From: Eubacteriales bacterium
GTDB lineage: Bacteria > Bacillota > Clostridia > Oscillospirales > CAG-382
Assembly (NCBI GenBank): GCA_045542335.1
Contig: JAZQKV010000049.1
Location: forward strand, 10 to 64,009
Direction of reading: 5' to 3'
Length of the DNA stretch: 64,000 bases
A program made the position numbers and the translations under genes. Below the pieces are notes generated by a model. That model made no database searches, had not been told where the DNA came from, and saw only the letters and a program-made list of their open reading frames with translations. Positions 1 through 9,759 of this stretch are shown here, piece after piece. Numbering within the stretch: the first letter of the stretch is position 1; each line of letters begins with the position of its first letter.

Positions 1-900
1 GCCGAAGAATCCGTTCTCAGGGTTTACTGCCCAGAGGCGTCCGTCTTCGCCAACGCGGAGCCATGCAATATCGTCACCTACGCACCATACCTTGTAGCCC
101 TTTTTCTTTAAGAATTCCGGAGGAATGAGCATAGCGAGGTTTGTCTTACCGCAAGCAGAGGGGAATGCAGCTGCAACATACTTTGTTTCTCCATCGGGAT
201 ATTCAACGCCGAGGATAAGCATGTGTTCAGCCATCCAGCCTTCCTTACGTCCGAGGTAGGAAGCGATTCTGAGAGCAAAGCACTTCTTGCCGAGAAGAAC
301 GTTTCCGCCGTAACCGGAGTTAACGGACCAGATTGTGTTGTCTTCGGGGAAGTGGCAGATATATCTGTTTTCTTCGTCGATGTCTGCTCTTGCATGGAGG
401 CCCTTGATAAAGCCTGCGTCATCGCCCATAGCTTCAAGAACGTGCTTGCCGGCTCTTGTCATGATGAGCATATTAAGAACGACATAGATGGAGTCTGTAA
501 GCTCGATACCGTACTTTGCAAAGTCTGAGCCTACAACGCCCATTGAATAGGGGATAACATACATTGTTCTGCCCTTCATAGAGCCCTTATAGAGCTTGGA
601 GAGCTTTTCATAACATTCTGCGGGAGCCATCCAGTTGTTGGAGGCACCTGCGTCTTCCTTCTTGGAAGTGCAGATGAAAGTTCTGTTTTCAACTCTTGCA
701 ACGTCGTTTACTGCGGTTCTGTGCAAGAAGCAATTGGGAAGCTTTTCGGGGTTGAGTCTTGTCATTTCTCCTGTTGAGCAAGCTTCGTCCTGAAGAGCCT
801 TGGTCTGTTCGTCGCTGCCGTCAATCCAGACGATTTTGTCGGGGCAGGTCATGGCAGCCATTTCGTCAATCCATGAGAGGATGTGCTTGTTGTTTGTCAT
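1..900 (-). CDS. pck: Phosphoenolpyruvate carboxykinase (GTP), N-terminal ~300 aa; the gene runs off the left edge of the window
   Basis: Missing from the ORF track because no stop codon lies inside the window. My own reverse-complement translation from the ATG (complement of 898-900) gives MTNNKHILSWIDEMAAMTCPDKIVWIDGSDEQTKAL ... YVAAAFPSACGKTNLAMLIPPEF ... DDIAWL. It contains the FPSACGKTN phosphate-binding loop typical of GTP-dependent PEPCK. Confidence 0.85.
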   Translation of the reverse strand, partial: MTNNKHILSWIDEMAAMTCPDKIVWIDGSDEQTKALQDEACSTGEMTRLNPEKLPNCFLHRTAVNDVARVENRTFICTSKKEDAGASNNWMAPAECYEKLSKLYKGSMKGRTMYVIPYSMGVVGSDFAKYGIELTDSIYVVLNMLIMTRAGKHVLEAMGDDAGFIKGLHARADIDEENRYICHFPEDNTIWSVNSGYGGNVLLGKKCFALRIASYLGRKEGWMAEHMLILGVEYPDGETKYVAAAFPSACGKTNLAMLIPPEFLKKKGYKVWCVGDDIAWLRVGEDGRLWAVNPENGFFG

Positions 901-1212
901 TGGTGACACCGTTCCTTTCTATATTTTCGGATTATTTATTTAACAATTCCGGTTGATTCCGATTTGTCCCCAAACCGTTATCCATTATATATTGTAGCTT
1001 CTAAAAATGAATATTTAAAGCATATTATGGAAACACATTTCAAAAACGTTATTATTTTAACACTTTGGGGCGGTTGAAACAAGGAGGTGCACTTATATGC
1101 AGAGCGATTTGGTGAGAAAATACTTTGACTGCTTTTGAGGGGAAGCGACACGGTGGGGGGTGACAGGAGTGGGAAGATGATTGTTTTGTGCTATAAAAAG
1201 TCGATTTATCTC

Positions 1213-1241
1213 TTTACAACAAAGCGGACTCGGGATATAAT
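1213..1241 (+). promoter_or_regulatory. Sigma-A type promoter for the 1273 gene
   Basis: TTTACA (1213-1218), a 17-nt spacer, then TATAAT (1236-1241), about 30 nt upstream of the SD and ATG. Confidence 0.6.
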
Positions 1242-1272
1242 GGAGTTGTAAAAAATGAAAGGAGAGCAAAAA

Positions 1273-3744
1273 ATGCTTAACTTCAACTATAAGGGCGAAA
1301 AGCTTGTTGGAAGAACCTGTCTTGAACTCAGTCTTAAACCGTTTAAGTCACTTGATGCCGGAAGCATTGAGGAGGTTTGCCGAAAGCTGTTTTACGACTG
1401 GCAGAAACTGATTGATAAATCAGAAAGTCTTGCGGTTATGTTGTGGACAGCAGACGGAAGCGAAATTCTTGAATATTCCGGGGAGCTTTCACAAAGCTTT
1501 GATTATTGCGACCTTATTGGAATCGGAAATCCGACAAAGCAGCCACCTTATGAAGAGATCGAAAAAAACAATCTTCATGTGCGCCCCATTCATTACCGTG
1601 AGGATGGCGTGCGCCATACATTTACATATGGGAAGCTTGCCGAGATTATCGCCGCACTCAAGCGTGTGGGAATGGAGATGACGGGAAAGAGCGTGAGCGT
1701 TATTGAAACCTTTGACCCGGGCCCTGAATTTGCAAATTCCGACTTCAAATATCGCCGCCACCCCGAAATATGCAAGGGCAATATCATGGGCAAAAAGCAG
1801 TGGCTTCATTGCGCTTCCACTCTTCATGCCGAAGACAGAAAGTATGCCGCATATCCAGACGGCATCCCCGAGGGAACTCATTTCGGCGAATTTCTCGGAA
1901 AACAGCTAATGTGCCTTTGCAAGGATGTTGGCTTTGACGGAATATGGTTGTCAAACGGCTTTGGCTTTTCGCTTAATTCGTGGAATTGGGTGGGCGAAAC
2001 CTTTGACGGCGAAAAATTCAATCTTGAAGGCTTTGACAATGTGAGAAACTCAATCAATGAGTTCTGGAAGCATTTCACGGCACAGACGGGAGATATGCTT
2101 ATTGAGGTGAGAGGAAGCAACCTTTCGGTCGGCATGGATATATCGGCTCACGGATGCCCTGTGGACGACATTTACAAGTATAATATACTTACACCGCCAA
2201 ACTCTCCCTGGGCGGCACTTGACACACGCTTCGGACTTGAGCTTTGCGGCTATCTTTCAAGGATTTCTGAAATTTCGGACAACGGTTTTCTCTTCCGTTA
2301 TTATACACACGACCCATGGTGGAACAATTCTCCGTGGTTTGACCGTTATGGCAGTCAGCCTCATGACATTTATCTTCCACTTGCGCTTGCAAGAATGGAC
2401 GGAGAGGGCAGGGTGACCAAACCCTTTGGTGTCAACTTCCTTTCCGCAGACGATTCATATGGAGATATGCCCGAAAAATGCCCTAACGAGGTTGTTCCGC
2501 ATATTCTTGAGGGCTTCAACAGTTATTCCGATGCTCCGGGACTTGTGACCTGGCTTTACCCCTTTGAAGAATATTGCACAGAGGGCTTGAAAAACGGAAA
2601 TCACCACAGGATTATCATGGATGATTGGTATATGGAAAATGCCATAGATCTCGGCTTCCCTGTGAATACTGTGGTTTCCGACAGGAATTTTTCCAAATCT
2701 CCTGTTGAGATATATAAAAAAACCATAATTGTCTGCCCTGTTCCCTTTGAGGGATCTACACTTGAGAAGTGTGTTTTTAAGGCAATTGACAACGGTGTTC
2801 CGGTTATACTTTTCGGAAATACCGATAAAGCAAGCTGTGAGCTTCGCAATATAATTGGGGTAAAGCTTGAAGACGGCATTGACGGAGAGCTTAAAATGCA
2901 CCAGAACATGATAAAAGATGTGTTCGAGGATGTTCCCATGTCGGACACCCTTGTTCATGTCGCACTTGTGTCGGACGGCGGAATAAAAGAGGTTATGTCG
3001 GAGTCTGCAAAGAGTGTTGAAACGGCATATGTTACAAGCAGTGATGGCGTTTCAAGGGTTTATTCAACATTTAACAGCGAGAGACGTGTTGCATGGATAA
3101 GGGCAAGCTTTCCGCACAGAGTTGCAGTTGGCGGGCATTTGCCTGAGGTTGTGGGCGGACATGAACGTTTCCCGTGTGCATCGCTTCTGAGGGCGGCTCT
3201 TGCATTTTTCGGAATAGACATCAGCTTTGAAGCAGCACATCCTGCGGACAAACTGCCCCTTAATCTGTGGTCACGAAAAGACAACGGATTATTTATGACC
3301 GGATTTGCCAAGAACACGGCAATTGCACTTAAAATGTCGTTCCCGGATGGAGTTCCGATGCCTGTTGGGACAGATGCAGTTGTGAATAACAATGTGGGCA
3401 AGTTTATATCGTTGCCGTGGTGCCACAATCTTTGCCGTGCTTTTGTTAAACAGGAAGAAAAATCCACGGTTTCGTGCCGCCGTGAAACTGCCGGAACAAA
3501 CATGATGAGCAAGGAAAGGATAAGTCTTGCCGGACTTAAGAATGCACAGGTTGTTTTCTTTCCACCGGAAAACGCAAATGTTTATGCTTCATTTGACAGG
3601 GAAGCAAACAGCTCACATTTTAAGCCTGACAGGGTGAGAGCTGATGGAAGCGTTGTGTTTGAAAACATCAGCGGAAAGCTGTTTATTTTCTGGATTGACA
3701 AGGATACAGAGGCGAAATACAGGGAAATCGGATATATTTTATAA
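1273..3744 (+). CDS. Uncharacterised large cytoplasmic protein (823 aa), possibly a glycoside-hydrolase-like barrel enzyme
   Basis: Long ORF. I moved the start to the ATG at 1273 because AAAGGAGAG lies 7 nt upstream (track start 1255). There is no signal peptide. The segment KDVGFDGIWLSNGFGFS resembles the GFDG.R.D strand of TIM-barrel glycosidases. I cannot assign a family. Confidence 0.5.
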   Translation: MLNFNYKGEKLVGRTCLELSLKPFKSLDAGSIEEVCRKLFYDWQKLIDKSESLAVMLWTADGSEILEYSGELSQSFDYCDLIGIGNPTKQPPYEEIEKNNLHVRPIHYREDGVRHTFTYGKLAEIIAALKRVGMEMTGKSVSVIETFDPGPEFANSDFKYRRHPEICKGNIMGKKQWLHCASTLHAEDRKYAAYPDGIPEGTHFGEFLGKQLMCLCKDVGFDGIWLSNGFGFSLNSWNWVGETFDGEKFNLEGFDNVRNSINEFWKHFTAQTGDMLIEVRGSNLSVGMDISAHGCPVDDIYKYNILTPPNSPWAALDTRFGLELCGYLSRISEISDNGFLFRYYTHDPWWNNSPWFDRYGSQPHDIYLPLALARMDGEGRVTKPFGVNFLSADDSYGDMPEKCPNEVVPHILEGFNSYSDAPGLVTWLYPFEEYCTEGLKNGNHHRIIMDDWYMENAIDLGFPVNTVVSDRNFSKSPVEIYKKTIIVCPVPFEGSTLEKCVFKAIDNGVPVILFGNTDKASCELRNIIGVKLEDGIDGELKMHQNMIKDVFEDVPMSDTLVHVALVSDGGIKEVMSESAKSVETAYVTSSDGVSRVYSTFNSERRVAWIRASFPHRVAVGGHLPEVVGGHERFPCASLLRAALAFFGIDISFEAAHPADKLPLNLWSRKDNGLFMTGFAKNTAIALKMSFPDGVPMPVGTDAVVNNNVGKFISLPWCHNLCRAFVKQEEKSTVSCRRETAGTNMMSKERISLAGLKNAQVVFFPPENANVYASFDREANSSHFKPDRVRADGSVVFENISGKLFIFWIDKDTEAKYREIGYIL

Positions 3745-3756
3745 CCAAAACAAACG

Positions 3757-3795
3757 AAGGTCTGCGCCGTTGTTGGACGCAGACCTTTAAACTTA
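3757..3795. terminator. Bidirectional intrinsic terminator between two convergent genes
   Basis: The stem AAGGTCTGCG (3757-3766) pairs with CGCAGACCTT (3778-3787). It sits between the stop at 3744 (+) and the stop at 3808 (-). Confidence 0.7.
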
Positions 3796-3807
3796 TATTT
3801 TGTTGTT

Positions 3808-4491
3808 TTATCTGTTGAGAATGAGCTTTGTGAGAGTTGTGGGCTCAACAATTTTGCCGTCCTTATAGACACGCATATTGCCCGAAGCAATTTCGTCGAT
3901 AAGGATAACCTCTCCGTTGTTGTAACCAAACTCAAACTTGATGTCCCAGAGGTCAAGACCAATGGACTTGAGGTCATCGGCAACAATCTTTGTTATCTTG
4001 AGTGTCTGCTCCTTCATGCTTTCAAACATTTCAAGGCTCATAACGCCAAGAGCTGCAAGACCTTCACCTGTTACAAGGGGATCGCCCTTTTCGTCGTTCT
4101 TGAAGGTACATTCAACATATCCGCCTTCAAGGGGAGTGCCGTCAGCGATATATTCGCCGTATCTGCGGATAAAGCTGCCTGTTGCAACAAGGCGGCAGAT
4201 AACTTCAAGACCGTGACCGAACACTTTGCCGGGAAGAACTTCCATTGTTGCTTCTTCAACATTTGCACCGACATAGTGTGTCTTGATGCCTGCTTTTTTG
4301 AGAAGCTCGAAATAGTGAATGGAGGTTTCAAGGTTTGCTTTACCGATTCCTTCGATGGTAAGACCAACGCTGTTTTCACCGGGATCAAAAACGCCGTCTT
4401 TGCCGGTGCAATCGTCCTTGAACTTGAGCATTACATTTCCGTTGTCGAGAGAGTAGACATCTTTTGTTTTACCTTCGTAAATCTTTTTCAT
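3808..4491 (-). CDS. purC: Phosphoribosylaminoimidazole-succinocarboxamide (SAICAR) synthase
   Basis: 227 aa. The N-terminus [15 protein letters not shown] and the full length are typical of PurC. The SD AAGGAGT lies upstream. Confidence 0.9.
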   Translation of the reverse strand: MKKIYEGKTKDVYSLDNGNVMLKFKDDCTGKDGVFDPGENSVGLTIEGIGKANLETSIHYFELLKKAGIKTHYVGANVEEATMEVLPGKVFGHGLEVICRLVATGSFIRRYGEYIADGTPLEGGYVECTFKNDEKGDPLVTGEGLAALGVMSLEMFESMKEQTLKITKIVADDLKSIGLDLWDIKFEFGYNNGEVILIDEIASGNMRVYKDGKIVEPTTLTKLILNR

Positions 4492-4538
4492 AATAAAGCA
4501 ACTCCTTAAATTTTATATTTTGAAAATCTACGCCACAT

Positions 4539-4567
4539 ATTATATCACATATTTCGGCAAATTTCAA
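4539..4567 (-). promoter_or_regulatory. Sigma-A promoter for purC
   Basis: The minus strand reads TTGAAA (complement of 4562-4567), a 17-nt spacer, then TATAAT (complement of 4539-4544). The resulting 5' UTR is only ~45 nt. Confidence 0.65.
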
Positions 4568-4673
4568 TAGTAAATTTGTATGTAGCTGAAAATTTTTTTG
4601 TAAAATTTTGTATGCAATAGTAACAATTTGGAAATGTGAGGGAGACTTGGTGATTTGCACGATGGTTTTTATA

Positions 4674-4702
4674 TTGACATTTGTGGGGATTTATGGTATA
4701 AT
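4674..4702 (+). promoter_or_regulatory. Consensus sigma-A promoter for the 4739 gene
   Basis: TTGACA (4674-4679), a 17-nt spacer, then TATAAT (4697-4702), with a TG extension at 4694-4695. Confidence 0.8.
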
Positions 4703-4738
4703 CCTTAAAAAAGGTTGATAGGGGAAGGTGGAACTATT

Positions 4739-7336
4739 ATGAAGAATATTATGAAAAAAACATTTTTCCATGTGACAATGGTTGTGATGCTTTTAGTTGT
4801 TATGGTGGCGAATGTCAAGGCGGCACAGTCTGACAGCTATTTTGAAGAATCAAGCTATTTTAAAGTGGCAAGCGGATATGCTCTTGCCTGGTCTGAGGTA
4901 TATGATGAAGCGGGATATGGTGAATTAGTGACAGGTGTCGCTCCGGGCACGACCGCAGGACAGGTGTGCGACAATGCCTTGTTCTCTTACGGTCTGAAAG
5001 TGGGAATAGTTGATGAAACGACTGATGAATATGGAGAGGCTGTTCTTAAAGTGCTTGAGGAAACAGACAGGGTTTATACAGGGTGTCTGCTTGTCACATA
5101 TGAAGAAGATTATGAAGAGGACATATACGATCCGTATCTTTGGGTTAACGCATACATCATTATTGTAGACGGTGATGCCGACGGAGACGGTGACAGAGAT
5201 GCAGATGACATGAAGCTTGGTGTTGAAATGATGCTTGAAGGCAGACGTGCCGATGAATACTCTGCCGCATTCGATAAGAATCTTGACGGAGAAATTACTC
5301 TTGCTGAATTGAGATGTCAGACTGTTGAAGCCTTTGACGAAAACAGCGATGCTCCCGATGAGGTGTCTCCTTTCGCAGACAGCTTTGCTTTTGTGCTTGA
5401 GGATGAGGCAACGTATGTCTCCATGGTTGAAAACGGAAAGGCTGTGATAAAAAGTTATCTGACGGTTTATCTTGACGGCAAAGCTAAAGATGTACCCGTG
5501 AAAAAGATAACTGAGGATATGGTTTCTGACCCTGAATGGGAGGGCTTTCTCGTAAACTATGATGAGGAATACGAGGAATTTGATTTTAGTGAGTATGTGG
5601 GAAAGCTCGCTGTTGCTTATAACGATGACGAGGGTTATTACTTTAAACTTCTTTCCGAAAGTGACTATAATGACAGCTCTGTTCTTGAGGGGGACGATGC
5701 TGAGAGTGCGTATATGTATACTTCGGAGGAAGTTTGGCTTTCGTTTGATGATGTTACAAAACGCATTACCCTTTCAGATACGGCAGAGGCGGGATTTGTG
5801 AGCCTTGCTGTCAAGGACTATTCGCAGATTGTGCTGACGGGTTATGATGCGGAAGATGAGTGGATTTGCCTGAGCTATACCGGGGATGAAATCTATAAAA
5901 TTGCCGAGGAAACAGAGCTTTACTATGCTGTTGTTATGGTGCAGAACAATCCCGGCGTGACAAAAATGGAAAACCTTGTGATGCTTTATGGTGAAGCGTG
6001 GGACGAATTGCCCTCCGAGGCTTTGGATTTCAGACCTGTTCCTGCTTCGGCAAGCTTCAGCCAGGATGAGAACTGGGGTATGGTGCTTGACAGTCAGGTG
6101 ACAGAATATGCAATTAAAGAGGATGATATAATTGTCAATAGAGATCTTTTGACTATCATTGAGGACGGAAAAACTACCTATGTTCCTGTCAAGAAGATTA
6201 CTCAGTTTATGGTTGACTATGAATCTAAATGGAAGGGATATATCCCATGCTACGATGAAGATTATTATGAATATGATTTCTCGGAATATGTGGGCAAGCC
6301 GGCAGTGGCACAGAAAGACCATAAGGGAAGATATATTTTCAGAACTCTTGAAATAGAAGATTATAATGATGGCGATGTTCTTTTATATGACGAGAGTGAC
6401 ATTGGAAACAGTGAAGGTGCTATCTTTGCATTTACAGCAGAGAATGTTGCTCTTATAAAGAAGGTTGGTTATAGCTACATCATTACCTCCGACGGTGAAA
6501 GTGAATACTCCGACAGTTTTACATATGGTGAGAATAACGAAACAACATTTAAACAATTAACTGTTAAGGACTATACAAAGATTATTATAAAGAGCGTTGA
6601 TGCCGAGGGAGAACCTGTTATAAGCGCATATGATTATGAAAATCTCCCTGATTTTGCTCATGATTTTTACTTTGACAAAGTGACTGTGGTTGTGGGTAAC
6701 AATTCAAAGACCATGAGAAACGAAAACCTCAGCTTTTTCTACGGAGAAACAGACAGAGAAATTGAAATTTATCCGGGAAAAATTACGGGATTTGCAATCG
6801 TCAACAGCTATGAAATCGATCCAACCGACAGCGGAAACGTATATTATGTAAGTGCTTATGACACAAAAACGGGCAATATCGGAACATATGAAGCCTTTTA
6901 CGGATACGAAATGCTTCTTGAACAGGGAGAGCTTCTTGGCATAACCTCAAAGGGCTATATAATGGATGATTACAGCTTTGGCTCGATATTGGAACAAGGC
7001 GAGCCGGATCTTGACATATACGATTTTGATGATAAAGTTGGAAACCTCGGCTGGTGCGAGCTTGCGGCATATGATGCCGAAGCGAAAATTATAGAACTTA
7101 AAGACGACAGCAATTGTTACTATGTTGACGATAAAACCGTTTTTGTTGAATATGACATTTCAGATGCCTGGTCAGCACTCAGGAGTGATTTAATTCTTAC
7201 CTCAAATGCAGCAAAAAACAATTTTGACGGAAAAACCGGATCATTCAAAGCTGTGTATGTGACGGCAAATGAACTTGAAACATCCCCGAACGAGGGACTT
7301 TTCACCGCTGTTTCGGTTATTCTTGTACACAAATAA
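4739..7336 (+). CDS. Secreted, very acidic D/E/Y-rich protein with an N-proximal dockerin-like EF-hand pair and a ~230-aa internal tandem duplication
   Basis: The start was moved to the ATG at 4739 (SD GAAGGTGG 7 nt upstream). Signal peptide: MKNIMKKTFFHVTMVVMLLVVMVANVKA/AQ. DGDADGDGDRDADD...FDKNLDGEITLAELR (nt 5165-5314) resembles the two calcium loops of a dockerin. No enzyme motif was recognised. Confidence 0.75.
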   Translation: MKNIMKKTFFHVTMVVMLLVVMVANVKAAQSDSYFEESSYFKVASGYALAWSEVYDEAGYGELVTGVAPGTTAGQVCDNALFSYGLKVGIVDETTDEYGEAVLKVLEETDRVYTGCLLVTYEEDYEEDIYDPYLWVNAYIIIVDGDADGDGDRDADDMKLGVEMMLEGRRADEYSAAFDKNLDGEITLAELRCQTVEAFDENSDAPDEVSPFADSFAFVLEDEATYVSMVENGKAVIKSYLTVYLDGKAKDVPVKKITEDMVSDPEWEGFLVNYDEEYEEFDFSEYVGKLAVAYNDDEGYYFKLLSESDYNDSSVLEGDDAESAYMYTSEEVWLSFDDVTKRITLSDTAEAGFVSLAVKDYSQIVLTGYDAEDEWICLSYTGDEIYKIAEETELYYAVVMVQNNPGVTKMENLVMLYGEAWDELPSEALDFRPVPASASFSQDENWGMVLDSQVTEYAIKEDDIIVNRDLLTIIEDGKTTYVPVKKITQFMVDYESKWKGYIPCYDEDYYEYDFSEYVGKPAVAQKDHKGRYIFRTLEIEDYNDGDVLLYDESDIGNSEGAIFAFTAENVALIKKVGYSYIITSDGESEYSDSFTYGENNETTFKQLTVKDYTKIIIKSVDAEGEPVISAYDYENLPDFAHDFYFDKVTVVVGNNSKTMRNENLSFFYGETDREIEIYPGKITGFAIVNSYEIDPTDSGNVYYVSAYDTKTGNIGTYEAFYGYEMLLEQGELLGITSKGYIMDDYSFGSILEQGEPDLDIYDFDDKVGNLGWCELAAYDAEAKIIELKDDSNCYYVDDKTVFVEYDISDAWSALRSDLILTSNAAKNNFDGKTGSFKAVYVTANELETSPNEGLFTAVSVILVHK
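5375..6754 (+). repeat. Intragenic tandem duplication (two ~230-aa modules) inside the 4739-7336 gene
   Basis: The two modules align with an offset of 230 aa. Module 1: YLTVYLDGKAKDVPVKKITEDMVSDPEWEGFLVNYDEEYEEFDFSEYVGKLAVA. Module 2: LLTIIEDGKTTYVPVKKITQFMVDYESKWKGYIPCYDEDYYEYDFSEYVGKPAVA. The similarity continues through ...KDYSQIVLTGYDAEDE versus ...KDYTKIIIKSVDAEGE. Confidence 0.75.
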
Positions 7337-7388
7337 TCGCATTTGAAAATCGGCAATAGAAAATCAAACATCAACAGGACGGTATTTT

Positions 7389-8237
7389 ATGAAAACAGGA
7401 CTTATCCTCGAAGGCGGCGCAATGAGAGGACTTTTTACGGCGGGAATACTTGATGTGTTCACGGAAAAAGGGATAAAATTTGACGGAATGATTGGCGTTT
7501 CGGCAGGGGCTGTGTTTGGCTGCAATTTTAAGTCCGGGCAGGCAGGAAGAACTTTGCGATATAACGTGAAGTATTGCAAAGACCCCCGGTATTGCAGTTA
7601 TCGTTCACTTATCAAAACAGGTGACCTCTATGGCGCAGACTTTTGCTATAATAAAATCCCTTTTGAGCTTGATGTTTTTGACAACGACGCCTTTGCGGCA
7701 AATCCGATGGAGTTTCATGTTGGCTGTACTGATGTTGTTACGGGAAAACCCGTTTACAGAAAAATTGATGTGTGCGACCGAGAGAGCCTTGAATGGATGC
7801 GTGCCTCGGCTTCCATGCCGCTTGTTTCAAGAATTGTTGAGGTTGGCGGCAAAAAAATGCTTGACGGAGGAATTTCGGATTCAATACCCATTAAGTATTT
7901 TGAAAGCATGGGGTATGACAGAAATGTGGTTGTGCTCACTCAACCCCGGGGATATGTGAAGCAGAGGAACAAAATGCTTCCTATTGTCAAAGCTACTCTT
8001 GGTAAGTATCCCGGAATTTATGAAGCAATGAAAATTCGCCACGAGATGTATAACGAAACCACCGCGTATATTGCCGAAAAGGAAAAGAAAGGCGAAATTC
8101 TGGTTATTCGCCCCAAGTCGCCGCTTCCCACAGGGCATATTGAGCATGATGCGGAAAATCTCAGGCAAGCACACATGCTTGGAGTTGAGGCGGCAAATGA
8201 GAATATTGAAAAAATAGTGCAGTTTCTTTCAAAATGA
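7389..8237 (+). CDS. Patatin-like phospholipase family protein
   Basis: Glycine-rich loop LEGGAMRG, nucleophile motif GVSAG (G-x-S-x-G) and the dyad Asp in LDGGISD. Confidence 0.85.
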   Translation: MKTGLILEGGAMRGLFTAGILDVFTEKGIKFDGMIGVSAGAVFGCNFKSGQAGRTLRYNVKYCKDPRYCSYRSLIKTGDLYGADFCYNKIPFELDVFDNDAFAANPMEFHVGCTDVVTGKPVYRKIDVCDRESLEWMRASASMPLVSRIVEVGGKKMLDGGISDSIPIKYFESMGYDRNVVVLTQPRGYVKQRNKMLPIVKATLGKYPGIYEAMKIRHEMYNETTAYIAEKEKKGEILVIRPKSPLPTGHIEHDAENLRQAHMLGVEAANENIEKIVQFLSK

Positions 8238-8268
8238 GGCAGAATTTTGCAATATGCTGATAAAACAG

Positions 8269-8298
8269 ACAGACGAAGCCAAAAACTTCGTCTGTTTT
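8269..8298 (+). terminator. Intrinsic terminator after the patatin gene
   Basis: CAGACGAAG (8270-8278) pairs with CTTCGTCTG (8286-8294), followed by TTTT. Confidence 0.75.
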
Positions 8299-8398
8299 CA
8301 CAATTGGAATTTTTATTATAATGTAGAATTTCCAAAGAAAATCTGTTATAATAATAACAATGTTCCCAATACCATATGTCAGAAAGGAGAGTCTGAAA

Positions 8399-9424
8399 TT
8401 GAGTTTGTTTAAAACTCATATGTCAGACAAGATAAAAATGACACAGACTTTTATTGCGACACTTTCGCCCATGCTTGTTATGTTTCTTTGCATTATAATC
8501 GGGTTTGTTCTCAAAAAGAAAAATATGCTTCCCGACAATGCGGATAAAACCATGTCCAAGATTGAAAATTATGTGTGCGTGCCTGCACTTGCATTCAGCA
8601 CATTTGCGGTGAATTGTACGGTGGATTCGATTTCAAAGTATTATAACATAATTCTATACAGTGCGGTGGCTGTTGTGTTGGCAATAGTGATTGCGGTGCC
8701 GCTCTCAAAGGTTTTTGTCAAGGATGACGCTTACCGCAGGAATATTTATAAGTATGCGCTTACGTTTGCCAATTTCGGATTTATGGGAAATGCGATTGTG
8801 CCGGCAATTCTCAACGGCACTCCTCTTGCACAAAATGCAGGTGTGCAGGATATGCTTTACATATATTTGCTTTTCACAATTCCCCTTTATTCCGTTTGCT
8901 ACACATGGGGTATCTATATCCTTATTCCGAAAGGCGAAAATAAGGGAAGCCTCCTTAAAAATCTTGCAAATCCGATTTTTATAGCCATTTTCGCAGGAGC
9001 GATTGTGGGTCTGTGCGGTGTTGGTGATAAGATTCCCGCTTTTATTATGGATACGGTTAACAGCTGCAAGGCGTGCATGGCACCTCTTGCCATGATACTT
9101 ACGGGCTTTGTTATAGGAAGCTATGATTTCAAAACGCTTCTTAATGATAAAAAAGTTTATGTTGCAACATTTCTTCGCCTTTTTGTTATCCCGGTTGTTA
9201 TTCTGGGTGTGCTCATGGCTTTGGGCGCAGATGAGCTTGTTCTTACCTTTGCGCTGTTTGGATATGCAACTCCCCTCGGACTTAACACGGTTGTCTTCCC
9301 GGCGGCATATGGCTCGGATGCAAAAACGGGTGCTTCGATGGCGATGATTTCGCATACATTAAGCGTTGTTACAATTCCGCTTATGTATGCTCTTCTAAAG
9401 GTTGTTTTACAGCTTGCGGCATAA
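8399..9424 (+). CDS. AEC (auxin efflux carrier) family membrane transporter
   Basis: Polytopic membrane protein (~10 TM segments) with a two-halves architecture typical of the AEC family. The start is uncertain: the TTG at 8399 has GGAGA 8 nt upstream, while the ATGs at 8420 and 8438 have no SD. The track start is 8360. Confidence 0.65.
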   Translation: MSLFKTHMSDKIKMTQTFIATLSPMLVMFLCIIIGFVLKKKNMLPDNADKTMSKIENYVCVPALAFSTFAVNCTVDSISKYYNIILYSAVAVVLAIVIAVPLSKVFVKDDAYRRNIYKYALTFANFGFMGNAIVPAILNGTPLAQNAGVQDMLYIYLLFTIPLYSVCYTWGIYILIPKGENKGSLLKNLANPIFIAIFAGAIVGLCGVGDKIPAFIMDTVNSCKACMAPLAMILTGFVIGSYDFKTLLNDKKVYVATFLRLFVIPVVILGVLMALGADELVLTFALFGYATPLGLNTVVFPAAYGSDAKTGASMAMISHTLSVVTIPLMYALLKVVLQLAA

Positions 9425-9465
9425 GTAAAGAGCTTTTGCTTGCAAGGACTTAGTGTGTTGGTTAT

Positions 9466-9510
9466 CGGGTTTTGCGCATGAAACGGCTGCGGAAAACCCG
9501 ATGTTTTTTT
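9466..9510 (+). terminator. Intrinsic terminator after the AEC transporter gene
   Basis: CGGGTTTT (from 9466) pairs with AAAACCCG (to 9500), followed by ATGTTTTTTT. Confidence 0.75.
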
Positions 9511-9663
9511 ACACTTTGAATGCAATTTTTGTGAATTTAAAGTGCCTTTTGGCTTTGTTGTGTGAAAAACGACATAATGGTATGAAGAATTGACATTTTG
9601 GAATTTCGTGTCCAAATGTGATACGTTCTGGCATGTTTTTTTACAAAATCGTAACAAATAAGG

Positions 9664-9692
9664 TTGACACCGCAAAAATCTTGTGCTATACT
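9664..9692 (+). promoter_or_regulatory. Sigma-A promoter of the ABC transporter operon
   Basis: TTGACA (9664-9669), a 17-nt spacer with a TG extension (9684-9685), then TATACT (9687-9692). Confidence 0.75.
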
Positions 9693-9759
9693 TTAAAATA
9701 CTTTCGGACGGGTTACCGTCTGAAAAAATACATATCATTTGAGAGGAAGTTTTTACATC

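Noticed and set aside
1097-1138. A 13-codon ORF (MQSDLVRKYFDCF) with a perfect AGGAGG 8 nt upstream, in the pck/1273 divergent region.
   Set aside because: I could not identify a convincing promoter upstream, it is too short to evaluate, and I see no conservation evidence. It is possibly a fortuitous SD-like sequence.
4492-4660. A check for a purine riboswitch upstream of purC.
   Set aside because: The minus-strand promoter (4539-4567) leaves only a ~45-nt leader, and I saw no purine-aptamer-like conserved segments. No riboswitch is called.
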